Assembly: GCA_965655095.1 (NCBI GenBank)
Contig: OZ296653.1
Span: forward strand, 83,266,001 to 83,330,000
Direction: 5' to 3'
Length of the DNA: 64,000 bases
From: Haplodiscus bocki
Lineage: Eukaryota
Shown piece after piece: positions 1-12,136 of the stretch (positions are counted from its first letter, which is position 1; every line of letters starts with the position of its first letter). The notes under the pieces were generated by a model. The model ran no database searches, was not told the DNA's origin, and worked only from the letters and a program-made list of their open reading frames with translations. Made by a program: the position numbers and the translations under genes.

Positions 1-240
1 ATTCTTTTACTTTTACAACCATTTATAAGTCAACAAATATGATTAAGTGATTATATACTTTGAGAATTATTACATTTATATAAGATTAAATTCAGTCGAT
101 AGAAAACGATATTTATTTATTTTATCATCCTCACTTGAGGTTTTTATATGTTTAAGCAACTTAAATTCTTCTCGGTTGTTGAAGACGATAACTAGGAGTC
201 ATTGAATTATAATACGAAAAGATTGTTATCGTTAAATTGT

Positions 241-639
241 TTATAATGATGAACGAACTAGCTTAATCTCTTTTAACATTGCGCGAAGAAATATATATTC
301 GCGTATTTCTTTACTTACAGAAAATTCATAATAAAAATATCCTCCATTTTGGAATTTATAAAATTGAACACTTCGTTTATCACCACTTACGCATATACTT
401 AATTCCTCATCATAAACATTACAATTTACAGCAGTCTTAAATAAAAAAAACCTAGAACGACTTTCGTTGATATAGTGACGATGAGTTTTTTCAACATCTT
501 CCCAATGGACATCTCCAATAACATGTTTGTTTATTACATAATTATAATCCATATATGAATGTGTTTTTGATTTCATATGATTTGCTTTAGATTTTCGATT
601 AATCACAACGTCACATATCTTACAATAGTAATTCAGCAT
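241..639 (-). pseudogene. Zinc-finger (CxxC...HxxxxxH) viral accessory protein; continues out of frame toward the window start
   Basis: YCKICDVVINRKSKANHMKSKTH. The downstream residues resemble the paralog at 2059-2610. Confidence 0.6.
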
Positions 640-671
640 TTAATTGAGAAAAGTTTCTTTGAAATGTTTTT

Positions 672-986
672 TTATTCATAATCATTCAAAAATGGTTCTG
701 TCACCTTCTGTTGTACTAGTTTTTGAAATGAGAGCATGTATAATATATTTTCTCTTAAATTGGGAATATTCTCAATAATATTTTCAAAAATATTATCATG
801 AATTTTTAATATTATATCGTCTATTATAGACAAACTTACAAGAATCCTACTATGCGCAATTGTTTTATAAAAACTATTAATTATACATTTTCGTACTTGA
901 TTCAGTTCGCAAGTAATTCCTATACTTTTATAATCATAAAATATTGCAGCATTACAAAAAATTGAATTGTCTTTCACTGTTTCCAT
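672..986 (-). CDS. Hypothetical Maverick protein
   Basis: 104-aa ORF with a TAAATG start in the gene-dense viral region. Confidence 0.45.
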   Translation of the reverse strand: METVKDNSIFCNAAIFYDYKSIGITCELNQVRKCIINSFYKTIAHSRILVSLSIIDDIILKIHDNIFENIIENIPNLRENILYMLSFQKLVQQKVTEPFLNDYE

Positions 987-1052
987 TTAGATAAAAAAAA
1001 ATCCTGATAAATTTCCAGCGTTGTAGTTTCACAATTCAATTTATTTAAAGTT

Positions 1053-1560
1053 CTAGTCATAATTTGAATGAATTTTATATGTTCTTAATTTTTTAAACGA
1101 GTTTTTTCCATATTTAGAAATAAGATAATCAACTGATTTGAATAAATCGTCATCAATTATTTTTCGTTTATTAATAAATTTAAAACAGGGAGTTAGAAAA
1201 TAAATATTTTCCCAACCTATTGCAACACTGTATGGAGTTAAATTATTCCCCATATTTGAGATGTATTTATAAATTTCATCATTAGTTAGAAAAGAACATA
1301 TCATATCACCTCCAATATATACGTAACTATGTTTATCATTTTCTTCACCTATTTTAAGCAAAATAGTATTTCGATTAAAAACTTCTTTATCCTGAGCTCC
1401 CGAAAATTAAGTCATATCACATAGTTGACTTTCACCCAAAAATGTTTCCATAGGATTGACCTTGTGTATATTATTTTTCTGATCAGAAACATCTCTAAGT
1501 TTTTGTACTTTAACCCATCCTTTATTCTGAAAAGGTACACCATAGCATTCACAATTATTT
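1053..1560 (-). pseudogene. Hypothetical protein resembling a family seen in large DNA viruses
   Basis: GNTILL..YVYIGG..F.T.DEI.KYISNMGNNLTPYSVAIG.ENIYFL pattern. The 5' part is disrupted. Family resemblance is from memory only. Confidence 0.45.
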
Positions 1561-1824
1561 TCCGTTACATATATAATCGTCATTTATATTAAATAAAATT
1601 ACATGATCAAAATAATCTCCAAGATTTTTAATTCTACTACTTTTGATTTTTAATTCTACATCTAAATCTGTTATTAATTCTTTAAGAATAACAATCTGAA
1701 TCAAACAATCATATCCTATTTTTGATCGATAACGATAACGTAATCTCATATATCTATCTAACATTTCATTTATTTTAGAATGTATTTGTGGATCTTTTTT
1801 AATTACATCTATAAAATCATTCAT
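1555..1824 (-). CDS. Hypothetical Maverick protein
   Basis: 89-aa ORF with a TAAATG start, divergent from the gene at 1885. Confidence 0.45.
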   Translation of the reverse strand: MNDFIDVIKKDPQIHSKINEMLDRYMRLRYRYRSKIGYDCLIQIVILKELITDLDVELKIKSSRIKNLGDYFDHVILFNINDDYICNGK

Positions 1825-1884
1825 TTATCATATGGAGAAAATTAAGACCTTATAAAATCATTTCAAGTAATTTTATCTAAAGAA

Positions 1885-2058
1885 ATGAATAGTGAAAATT
1901 ATGAAGTTATTTACTGTGCTGATGATAATGAATATAGAGTTTATTGTGATATTTGTGATAAATTATGTATTGAAAGATTTTATAAAAATCATCTGAAATC
2001 ACTAACTCATACTAATAACAATCGTAAAAAAAAGATTTCAAAAATTTTAGTTGACTAA
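1885..2058 (+). CDS. Small zinc-finger protein (57 aa)
   Basis: MNSENYEVIYCADDNEYRVYCDICDKLCIERFYKNHLKSLTH...; not in the supplied ORF track. Preceded by the CATTTCAA motif. Confidence 0.6.
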   Translation: MNSENYEVIYCADDNEYRVYCDICDKLCIERFYKNHLKSLTHTNNNRKKKISKILVD

Positions 2059-2610
2059 ATGACGGAGTTACTCTGTAACGTATGCGATCATGAGATATTC
2101 GAAAATGAATCCGAACGTAACAAATATCTAGCTACTTTACGTAAGAAAAATGATAAAAGTTTTTATACAAAATATACTATTAATAAAGTTAATTTGGATG
2201 CATTCGATAAAATTTTAAACAATTCTATCATTACTCATAATAAAAAATATGATTTCTATTTTATTAAATGTGAATTCAAAATAGAAATTGATAATAATTT
2301 CACAGCAAATATAGAATATAATTATCATTATAATACGGACACTAAAAATATAAAGAGTTATTTATTATTTTATATTGATAGTTGTGAATCAGGAGGATAT
2401 AAATTTAGTAATATCAATTATGTGATTATCAACACAATTAGTTGTATGTGTAATATGACATACGAAAATTAGATTAATCAACCAATGCAGGCGATTGAAT
2501 TAGGATTAAACATGATTATTGTTAAAAATCCAGAATTGATTAATGCTCTTGACAGAAATAAAAATCATCCTCTAATCAGAAAATATTCTCACATACCATT
2601 TAATAATTAA
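2059..2610 (+). pseudogene. Cys-containing accessory protein, paralog of 241-639
   Basis: LCNVCD N-terminus. The frame continues past a premature TAG at 2470-2472 to ...HPLIRKYSHIPFNN*. Confidence 0.55.
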
Positions 2611-2859
2611 TGATAAAATTAAAAGATTTCTTTTTTATTAGATGGAATTTATAAAATAATTTTACAATTAAAATTATAATTATATTTATTATTCATATAT
2701 GAATATTTGTGATTATCCAAATCATTAGCAATTCAGTATAAGATAACATATTCATACAAATATAATAATAGTTATAATTCGTGTAAGAGTGATTATACAA
2801 TATCATTCATTTCACAAAATCTTAGAATTTCTTTGTATTCGTAAACTATGCTTAAATAA

Positions 2860-3093
2860 ATGAACATATCAAATGTTATGAATGATTATGATAAAATCAC
2901 ATCTAGTAATTATACAAATATTTTAAATGATTATGATAATATTACAGATACAAATATATGTACAAACAATGAAAATAATATTGATATAACTATACCATCA
3001 TTATTACTAACTTTACCATGTGGTCTATCATTTTTATGTTTGATGAGATTGATGGTATACACATTAATTAAACCTTTATTCAATAAAAAATGA
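2860..3093 (+). CDS. Small Asn-rich membrane protein
   Basis: NDYD repeats followed by hydrophobic IPSLLLTLPCGLSFLCLMRLMVYTLI. Confidence 0.5.
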   Translation: MNISNVMNDYDKITSSNYTNILNDYDNITDTNICTNNENNIDITIPSLLLTLPCGLSFLCLMRLMVYTLIKPLFNKK

Positions 3094-3820
3094 TGGATAA
3101 AACTTTATACCCAAATCATCCAGTTAGGTGTATTATAACCGGATCATCAGAATGCGGCAAATCAGTATTTCTAACAAATTTAATTTTAAATATTATTAAC
3201 GAACATGATAGAATATATATCTAATCACCTAGTCTTCATCAAGATTTATATCAAAGATTAATTAAATGTTTTAGTAATTATATACCTATTCACATAATCC
3301 CAAACATTTTAAATGAAGAAGATATTGATATAGTAATTGAAGAGATAGTTAATAAGAAAGACTTTGAAAAATCAGATACTGAGAGAGAGACATATGAATC
3401 AATTGAAGAATTGAAATTTCCTCAAGAATATGAAGATGGTGGTATCATTATACTATATGATCTCAATGAAAAAGAAATGAATGATCCTAGAGTACAAGCA
3501 ATGTTCAAACGATCAAGACATAATAACCTATCTATTTTTAGAATCTCCTAAGATTACTACGAACTACCAAAGGAAACAATTAGAGCTAATGGAAATATCT
3601 ATCACATATTTAAACCAAACAATTTCTTAGACCTTCGTTATATTTATCAAGACAAAATTTCTATGGATATATGAGTCTCAATGAATTCAAATTATTAACA
3701 TCTACTTGTTGGAATGAAAAATATCAACCACTTGCTATTGATATGACTAAAGATAAATACTGCGGCCGTTATAGATTAGGATTAAATTCAATATTTGTAC
3801 CAAATAGCAGTCCTTTTTGA
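3093..3820 (+). pseudogene. A32-like DNA packaging ATPase
   Basis: Walker A ITGSSECGKS, degenerate Walker B IIILYDL, RSRHNN and IRAN motifs. Internal stops and a frameshift. Confidence 0.88.
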
Positions 3821-3828
3821 TTATTTAA

Positions 3829-4717
3829 ATGAGTATTTATTCTAATGTAACTGAACAAGATCTTACCAATTTAAGAAAATTAGCAGAATAACAGAAAGAA
3901 CAACGAGCTCCTAAAATCAAAAATAGAATCTTAAAACAAACTCATGATATAAAACTCGCAGAATCCCTATCACCTATCACTAAAAAAGTAGATGAGACTA
4001 CTAAAAAACTAAGTGAAGTTATTAAAAAATCAATTTCTCAAAATGAAAATAAGCAAGAGATAGTCCCGATTGAAATTGAATCAGAAGATGAAAATATTCA
4101 AACTAATTTAAGAGCCCTTCCGAATAGTTCCATTTTTAGTGCCTTAAAGACAAAAACATTAGGGAGATTATTGTCTAGTTCCAATTCTCTAAAAATAAAA
4201 TCTGGTCTTTTTGGTGCAACAATACTCGGTGTTCCCATATATACTCTAGGAGAAGATAAACTGAGAATACGTGATAAAATTTATGATTTAACTCCCGAAA
4301 TTTACAAAGCACTATCTTATACAGGATATACTGGTAATACTATGAAAAATGAAAATGATATTTTAATGTTGAATAATATTATAAACGATTTAGGTTATAC
4401 AGGCGTTGGAGATAGAGATTCAAAACGAAAAACATTTTTAACAATAACACTTCCTAAATTAGTTAATGATATTCGAGAAAAAAACATTTGAAATTACAGA
4501 CGACTCTGATGATTTACAAGAAGGAGTGAAAATTATCTTCCCTTCAAACATAGTTGATATTTACACCAGACTTGAAAAATTACTAGGATTAAAATTATCA
4601 GGCCATACCGATACTCTCACAGAAGCTAGCAATTTAATAGATGAATTATATAGGAGAGGTGAAATACAAAACGAACAACAATATCGAAATGCTCCTAATA
4701 AATTTCAAAAACAATAA
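3829..4717 (+). pseudogene. Conserved Maverick coiled-coil/core-like protein
   Basis: Disrupted ORF ending in PSNIVDIYTRLEKLLGLKLSGHTDTLTEASNLIDELYRRGEI, a motif typical of Polinton proteins. Confidence 0.6.
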
Positions 4718-5503
4718 ATGGAACTACCGAGTAAATTAATAGAACAAATAGCTTATAATACACGAGCAAAAATTGAAGAGCATATGTTGATTGTTATGGA
4801 TAAGAGCACACACGAAGAGCATGTACTTCAACCACTTCAAACGAATAAAAAAAATTTAAAATAGCAGTCACTTTTCTAACTGGTTATAACGGTATTTTAA
4901 ATGTTACGAATTCAAATAAAATTTTATTTCCTAAAATCAGTTACTGATAAAGACGGTTATATAATAATAACTATTCCACCACGTGGTTACGAAATAGAAT
5001 CATTGAACAATGAAAAAAAGAGGATCATTGTTGATGAAGAACATTATACTGAAGCAAATTATCCATTTACAATCAAACCAAACTTTTCAACACTATGATC
5101 AATTATAGAAATATCCACTCAAGGACCTGTAAAAACATTCGCTCCCGATGATAGTATAGATCTTCTAGGATTTAATAGGACTACAAAAATTGAAGAATAT
5201 AACCTATCACCTAATCCTGGTGATATTTTATCGTTTGACAATATTTTTCTCGAATGTGATATTGCTCAAGGTATGATTTATCGAGGAAAACGAAGTTTAA
5301 TTATTCATAATTTTACTATGGATGTTGATCCTGGGTATAAATACATAGAAAAATTTCGTGGTGGAGAGCAATGATATATGATGGAAAGTAAGGATATTAT
5401 TTCAAGCATTTGTTTCAAGTTGAAAAATGAAAATGGAAACTTAGTATCATTTAATGGCCAATCGCTTACATTCAGATTATCAATTAAAGAAATTAATTCT
5501 TAG
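4718..5503 (+). pseudogene. Minor capsid protein (penton, single jelly roll)
   Basis: ITIPPRGYEIESLN, LLGF, NIFLECDIAQG, DVDPGYKYIE, FKLKNENGNLVSFNG motifs; located upstream of the MCP. Frameshifts present. Confidence 0.8.
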
Positions 5504-5505
5504 AA

Positions 5506-5661
5506 ATGCCTAGAACAATAAAAAAATCGAGATTACATTCTAATGAACATAAAACTAAAATTAAAAAAGAAGTGAATAATACTAAATCAAATTTACCTCA
5601 ACATCTTCAAACATTTAAACAGAAACTTCTATCAGGAAAGGGTTTTTTAGTATATAAATGA
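5506..5661 (+). CDS. Small basic putative core protein (51 aa)
   Basis: Lys-rich MPRTIKKSRL... ending LLSGKGFLVYK, which contains an adenain consensus site LxGx/G. Confidence 0.5.
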   Translation: MPRTIKKSRLHSNEHKTKIKKEVNNTKSNLPQHLQTFKQKLLSGKGFLVYK

Positions 5662-6948
5662 GCTTAGAAGAATTTCAATTAGTAGATAATGAACCATTTG
5701 ATAATAGCATCATAGAAAGAGATTTTACTAAAATTTATCACCAACTAGGAGCACAATTAAATCAATCAGATCAAAATATTGAATTCCTTTTTGGGCGAAA
5801 ACAATAATAATCATCAAATAGGCAATGGTTATCTTGAATTTAATATTACAGTACGGAAAAACGATACCACAAATTTTCATCATGAAGATCCTATTCGTTT
5901 AGTCAACAATGGTTATGCTTTCTGTTTTAAAGAAGCTCGTTTAAGCACCAGCATCGGTAGTGATATTGAACATAATAAATTTTGTGGTCAAGTATCTACT
6001 ATTATGAAAGTGATATCAAATAAAGATGATGATTTATTATCACAATTTGGTAATATTAATGAAAATGATATTCCAATTCTTGAGAGATTGGTTAATTTAC
6101 CACCTCAAATCAAATCTACACTTCATCAGAAGATGTTAATCGATAATCATACTGATCCCAACAAAGGTAAAATTAAAGGATGTTTATATTTAGAAGATAT
6201 TTTTGGATTTTGCAAAACTTTTAAGAAAGTAACTGAAAATTTAGTCTTTCACCTAACGTTTAAGACAAATGACTTACAGGATATTATATATACATCTGTG
6301 GATGATGATATGAATGTGACTATTAATAGTTTGTATCTGTTTATACCTAATCTAATTCCCAGTGTTGAAACTCAATTGATGTTTAATGAAGCCACTCAAA
6401 ATAATTATAAGATCTCTTTCGATGAATGGTACACAGAGAGACGAGTAATATCTGATATGATCTTTCAACTAGACATAGGATCAGCACAACAAGTTAATAG
6501 TCCTAAATATTCAATTTGTGCTCACCAAACAAAAGATAGGACAAACGCTTCTAATAAAAAAATTAATATTGCTATATTCGATAATCTCGATCTTAGAAAA
6601 TACCACGTTGAAATAGATAGTTTACGATACCCTAGAGAAAGTTTACTTATAAATTATGAACAAAATGATTATATTGAGCAATATTAAATTTTGAAACCAT
6701 TCTTTCACGAATATATAGAACCAATATTAAATCCTCTTATATCATATCCAGATATGAAAACAAAATACCCTATCGAAATAATAGATTTAAGACATCAACC
6801 TGATCATATAACACCTAAAAAAATTCAATTATTTCAAGAATATGGTGCTGATTCTCACAATGCTAAATTGTTTTTATTAATAGTCAGACGAAAAGAAATT
6901 GATATAATAAGTGATGGAAATAAACTCATTGAGGTTAAAGTTATATAA
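5658..6948 (+). pseudogene. Major capsid protein (double jelly roll)
   Basis: GYLEFNITV, LVNNGYAFCFKEARLS..G..IE, LEDIFGFCK, INSLYLFIP, SPKY, YP motifs. Frameshift near 5790 and a stop at 6685. Confidence 0.85.
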
Positions 6949-6950
6949 AT

Positions 6951-7354
6951 ATGACAGTTTTAAATTTTAAAGATTTTATGAAAAAAAATCAAAAAATGAT
7001 ACTATGATAGAATCTCAATTACAAAGAGTTTATAATTATTTTATATACCCCAGAGATTCAAAATTATATTCAGATAAAGGATTTGTAAATATTGATAATG
7101 GTAGTATGGGTGGATTTCATTGGACTTGTTTTATAGTAAAAGATAACAAACCATACTACTTTGATAGTTTCGGTGCTCAGCCAGCTAAATTTCTACTTAA
7201 ACAATTACCTAAACCGATAATATATCATAATTATAAAATACAAGATATAAATTCCAAATTATGTGGCTCATACTGCTTATACTTTTTCTATTTAATTGAA
7301 CGAATGAATTATTATGATGCTATTTTAAAAATGTATTTTCACGATTTTGAATAA
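6951..7354 (+). pseudogene. Adenain-like cysteine maturation protease
   Basis: Catalytic His (GFHW), Asp (YFDSFG), Gln (IQD) and Cys (LCGSYC). Frameshift in the A-run near 6985. Confidence 0.9.
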
Positions 7355-8839
7355 TGCCAATTAATGTATTTGGAAACTCTTCTCATAATAATAATAATAA
7401 CAAAATTGACACAAGTTTATTTGTACAAAAGCCATATTTGACAACTAATTATATAGAAGCTAATATAGAAGAGGATATTGACTTAAAAAATCAATTTAGA
7501 ATCAGAAATTTACCTGATCGTACTATTATTAGAGAACCAGCCTCAAAAAATTACGTTCATAATAAATTCAACGATCCTAGTATAATAAAAAAACTCTGCA
7601 CATATAGATCTGAATGATAGAAATATTACCAACGCTAGATTTATTCAAGTCAATCAATGGCATCAAATCGATTCTCATTTAACAGCTACGCTATATGTCG
7701 ATAATGCTATATCTGATGGAGTAAATGAATCATCATTATTAAGATTAGATCCTGATGAAAAATTGAAACAAGATTCTATAATTCTTAATTCTACCTTAAC
7801 ATCACCGAAAACGATATTAGAAGTACCTACTGAAAATTATGTTGATAATAAAGTTAATGATCCTAGTAAGGTAAAAAACACAGATCATGTTGACTTCAAC
7901 GATAAATATATTGATAACTTTAGTTGGATTAAAGTAAACCACATGCCTACAGTTGAAGAAAATCTAACACCAAAACTTTATGTCGATAATGCCATACACC
8001 AAATCATAGGATATACTAATGGATTGCATGAAATCATTAGAAATAGACGAGATTTATCATCAGTGTTTAATGATCAAGTCAATGAATTTGATAATAATAA
8101 ATTGACTAATTTAGATAGTGTCACTGTTAATAGAAATCCTAATTTAGATAATGAACTAGCAAACAAAAAATATATCGACGATGAATTAGATAAAAACACT
8201 GTTCTTAGATTTAATCAAACACTAGAAAACTATCTTAAAGTGTCGGTTGGAAATGACACTAATAATCATACTAAATATGATAAAAAACAAATTACAGATA
8301 CAACAATTATTAAATATCCAAACACAGGAGGATATCTATTATAGAATTCGGTTATAAAATGTAATGATAAAAATAATAATGGTAAAATACGAAACTTTAT
8401 AAAATCTACAAAAACAAACAGTCCAACGGGTTATTCCGGAGCAACGAGTTTACCTCCAATAGGTAATAGTTTCATGTATATAGAAAAGACTTCTAATAAT
8501 CATGGTAATAATTTTTTGTCAGCTTCGAACGAACAGATATTAATTATTCAAGTTAGTAATATAACATTCTACTACAACAGATTTTCAATTTTAACAAATG
8601 ATTCTTTAAAAGCAATGGGTCGTTCTAGAACTCAATTATTATTAGAAGATAATAGTTGGTCAACTAGATATACGATACCTAAAAATGATCGATATAATGA
8701 TTCATCAACTCAGTGGACGAAACCAAGTTTAAATTTTACTATAGAAAATTATGGTATTAGATTAATATATGATGAAATAGATAGAGCTCACGCTGATATG
8801 TGTTTCAGTAACATTACAATCACACACTCTATAGATTAA
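7354..8839 (+). pseudogene. Fibre/spike-like protein with repeated ..TK.YVD shaft motifs and a C-terminal MAM-like beta domain
   Basis: Repeats ASKNYVHN, TATLYVDN, TENYVDN, TPKLYVDN, ANKKYIDD; C-terminal SFMYIE...ADMCFSNITIT. Split over ORFs 7354-7617, 7763-8344 and 8474-8839. Confidence 0.6.
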
Positions 8840-9300
8840 ATGAATTATGAAAGTTATTTCAAAGATTTATTCGAATCTATTCCTGATTATAGAAAAATAG
8901 TCTCAATAATATTTTTAATTCAAAATGAGAAAGATTTTGTAAAAGAATTTGGAGTTTTGAAAAATGATATTCATCGTTCAGGTTTAGAATTCAAAAATAT
9001 TTTAATGGAAGAAAATGAAGAATACTTAGATTATATTAAAAACGAAGAATAATCCATAATTGAAAAGATTTTGAATAAGTAAATGGAACAATATTTCTCA
9101 ACTATGTTTGAAGACGTTAGACATGAACGATCGTTAATATTATTATTATCATTAACAGATCCAGATATCTTAAGACAAAGCAAATTCACACATGATGAAA
9201 TAGAGATTATAAAAAATTTAGCTTTAGAAAAATAACACAGACAAAGAATTTTAAAAGAGCATGTCGCGATTGAATTGTTAAAAACAATTTTCTGACAAAT
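8840..9300 (+). pseudogene. Two small related helical proteins (starts at 8840 and 9083)
   Basis: MNYESYFKDLFESIPDYRKIV and MEQYFSTMFEDVRHERSLI share an N-terminal pattern. Both have premature stops. Confidence 0.4.
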
Positions 9301-9302
9301 AA

Positions 9303-9920
9303 ATGAATAACTATCCGAATTTAAAAAATGAACCAGAGTTGTTAAAGATAAAAACAAGAGATGATGAAATTAAAAATCTAAAATATCAAACGGAAAAACA
9401 TGATTATGAAAAAATATTAATGAGTCTTAAAATTGATAATGAATATTATAGGAAAAAATCTAAAAGTTTAAATAAAAAGAAAGTATTATTAATTATCACC
9501 GAAAAATTAATCGGATCAAGATCAGCAGTAGGTACTTCTACAATTTCGTTAACAAATCCAAGCATTGGTATAGTGCTAACTAGTTCTACTGCTTTGTTGA
9601 CGTCTCTTGCTATTTTAATCACGAATGAATATATATCAAAATTAAAATTACGTTATACAAAACTAAGAGATTGGATAAATTTTATTACAATTTTATATGA
9701 GAAAACATTAAATCAATCTATGATACATAAAAAAAATTGATGAAAAAGAAGCTCAAGAATTAAAAAAAGACTTATAATCATTACCTTGATAAACGAAAAG
9801 AAATTATGATTTCAACTAAATTCAAAGTAGAAGATATTTTTGGTGAATTAATCAGTAAAGATTCTAATTCACCAGAACAAATAACTACACTTAATAATTT
9901 TCTAGCGAAAATAAGGTAAT
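9303..9920 (+). pseudogene. Coiled-coil protein with a hydrophobic hairpin (putative membrane protein)
   Basis: GTSTISLTNPSIGIVLTSSTALLTSLAILIT; frameshift near 9735. Confidence 0.5.
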
Positions 9921-10183
9921 TTTAAACAAAACTTAATTTCAACTTTTTTAAACCTAAAAAGAAAACAAATATTGATTATCAACCGAGTGCTCCTCCCTAT
10001 TACGAACAAATTTTCAATTATTAATTGACAAAGACATGGTGTGTTGGTGGAAGACATTAGAGTAATACTATTAATATAACTGAATATGAAAAGAGAAATC
10101 CTAAGACTAAAAGACTCGTTAAAATTATCAAAGGAAAGTGTAGTTTTTGCAATCGAAACAAATCACCAATTTTTACTAAATAA

Positions 10184-10612
10184 ATGACTAGAGGAGAAAA
10201 ATTTTTTAAAAATGCTAAATGTACACATGGGCATAGATCAGCTATGTCAAATTCAGCATGGTGTGACCTAAATAAAAATTGTACTGTTTTGAAATTACAC
10301 GATATGTGTCATAATCCTAAGTGTAAATGTCAAAAACAAATTACTTTCAGTCCAAACCAATTTCAATTGGATGGTGATGGTTTTAAAAATACTATGAAAA
10401 AAATTTTTACGGGGACACAATCAGCTTGGAATAAAGTTCTCAAACCAGCGTTAAATATGGCTAGTCCATATATCGGAATGGCTGTTAGTGCTAAGACTAA
10501 AAATCCAAAAATTGGACAATCAACGACTAATATATTGAAGAGTATTTCAGGAGGTAAAATCTTATCACTAACCGATATGTACGGACGTGGTTTAAGATTA
10601 AAAGTAATGTGA
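10184..10612 (+). CDS. Putative protease-processed virion protein with an amphipathic helix (protein VI-like)
   Basis: Intact 142-aa ORF with a Cys/His-rich N-terminus and adenain consensus sites LDGD/G, ISGG/K and MYGR/G. Confidence 0.5.
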   Translation: MTRGEKFFKNAKCTHGHRSAMSNSAWCDLNKNCTVLKLHDMCHNPKCKCQKQITFSPNQFQLDGDGFKNTMKKIFTGTQSAWNKVLKPALNMASPYIGMAVSAKTKNPKIGQSTTNILKSISGGKILSLTDMYGRGLRLKVM

Positions 10613-10641
10613 AATCATTTCAAAGATAAATTTCTAAGTAA

Positions 10642-11307
10642 ATGAGTAATTGTATTAAAGAAATATACGATTATGATTTAGTTAAACAATGTTTAAAAGG
10701 TGGAAATACCTCACTAGAGAGTAATTTTCATGAAAATAAATCAACTAAAGATGGGTTAAACTCTATCTCTAAAGGATGTATGAAAGATTATTACTTGAAT
10801 AATTCTATTAAATTAACTCAGAAACAGAAAAATTATAATTTAAAAAATCACGATCGAATAAAACCTTATAAAAACGAAAATACAGAAAAAACTAATGATT
10901 ATAATAAAAAACATATTAAACAAAGGAGACGGCCAGATATTAATTATCGTATAATTCTTATCACAAGAAGTAGAATTTATCAAGCTTTAAAAGGAATGGT
11001 TAAATCATCTTCCACAAAAGGTATTTTAGGAATAGATATTGATACTAATAAAAAGGGGATAGAATTTCAAATGACTCCAGAGATGAAATGGTGTAACATT
11101 GAGATTGATCACGTGAAACCTATTTGTATGTTTGATGTATCTTAAGATGAAGAAATAAAATAAGCATTCTCCTGGAAAAATACACAGCCCTGGCTAAAAC
11201 AAAATCATCAACTCAAAGGTAAAAAATTTAATTTCCTAGATTATCAACTGCAATTCATTAAGGCTTATCAATTTATCAAATTAAATGATCAAGAAGGACT
11301 TAATTGA
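10642..11307 (+). pseudogene. HNH-type endonuclease
   Basis: RSRIYQALKG, EIDHVKPICMFD and WKNTQP....N..KG after reading through a stop at 11143. Confidence 0.7.
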
Positions 11308-12136
11308 AACTTTTATTGATGAAAATTATAGTAAAACAGCAAAGAAAAATTATCCAATTAAAAAAATAGTTTACAACCACATTGATGAAATCTGGTCAAT
11401 TGATTTAGAAGACTTTTCAGATTATAAAACTTCATATAATAAAGGATTTAGATATATAATTTTATTTATCGATAATTTTTCTAAATATTTGTGGGCAATA
11501 CCATTGAAAAAAAGTGAAACAATAACAGATGAATTTTCAAATATTCTAACAAAATCAAAACGAAAGCCTCTAAAAATAGAGTCTGATAGAGGAGCCGAAT
11601 TTTATAATAGTATAGTTCAAAATTTTATAAACAATAAAAATATTCATCCCTATTCAAGATTCATAGACAAAGGTCCCTCAATTGCTGAAAGAGTCATCAG
11701 AAGTGTACGTAGTTTATTAAAAAAGCCCGTATTTGAAAAAGGAAATGCCAATTGGATTTCTGAACTTTCATCTGTTAATAAACAATATAATAATACTATC
11801 CACAGTTCAACGAAAAAGACCCCTACTCAAGCTAGTGAAAAATTAAATGAAAAATTAGTATATAACAATCTCAAAGACAACAGAGAAAATCAGAAACCAA
11901 AATTTAATCTAGGACAATTAGTTCGTACAGCTGATATCAAACGAGTCTTCAGTAAAGGTGATTCAACAAGTTAGTCATATATATTATAAACTATAACCGA
12001 AGTCATTCATGACACTATTCATAGCTATAGAATCGACTACTTACCCGAGAGATAAAACGAAAATCTATTACTACCAAAAAAACTAACCCTTGATGAAAAC
12101 AAAAAAGTTATGAAAGAACTAAATTTAATTCAATAA
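11285..12136 (+). pseudogene. Retroviral-type (rve) DDE integrase
   Basis: WSIDL (D), ESDRGAEF (D), IAERVIRS (E), YNNTIHSS..KTP, PKFNLGQLVR. Premature stop at 11972. Confidence 0.92.
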
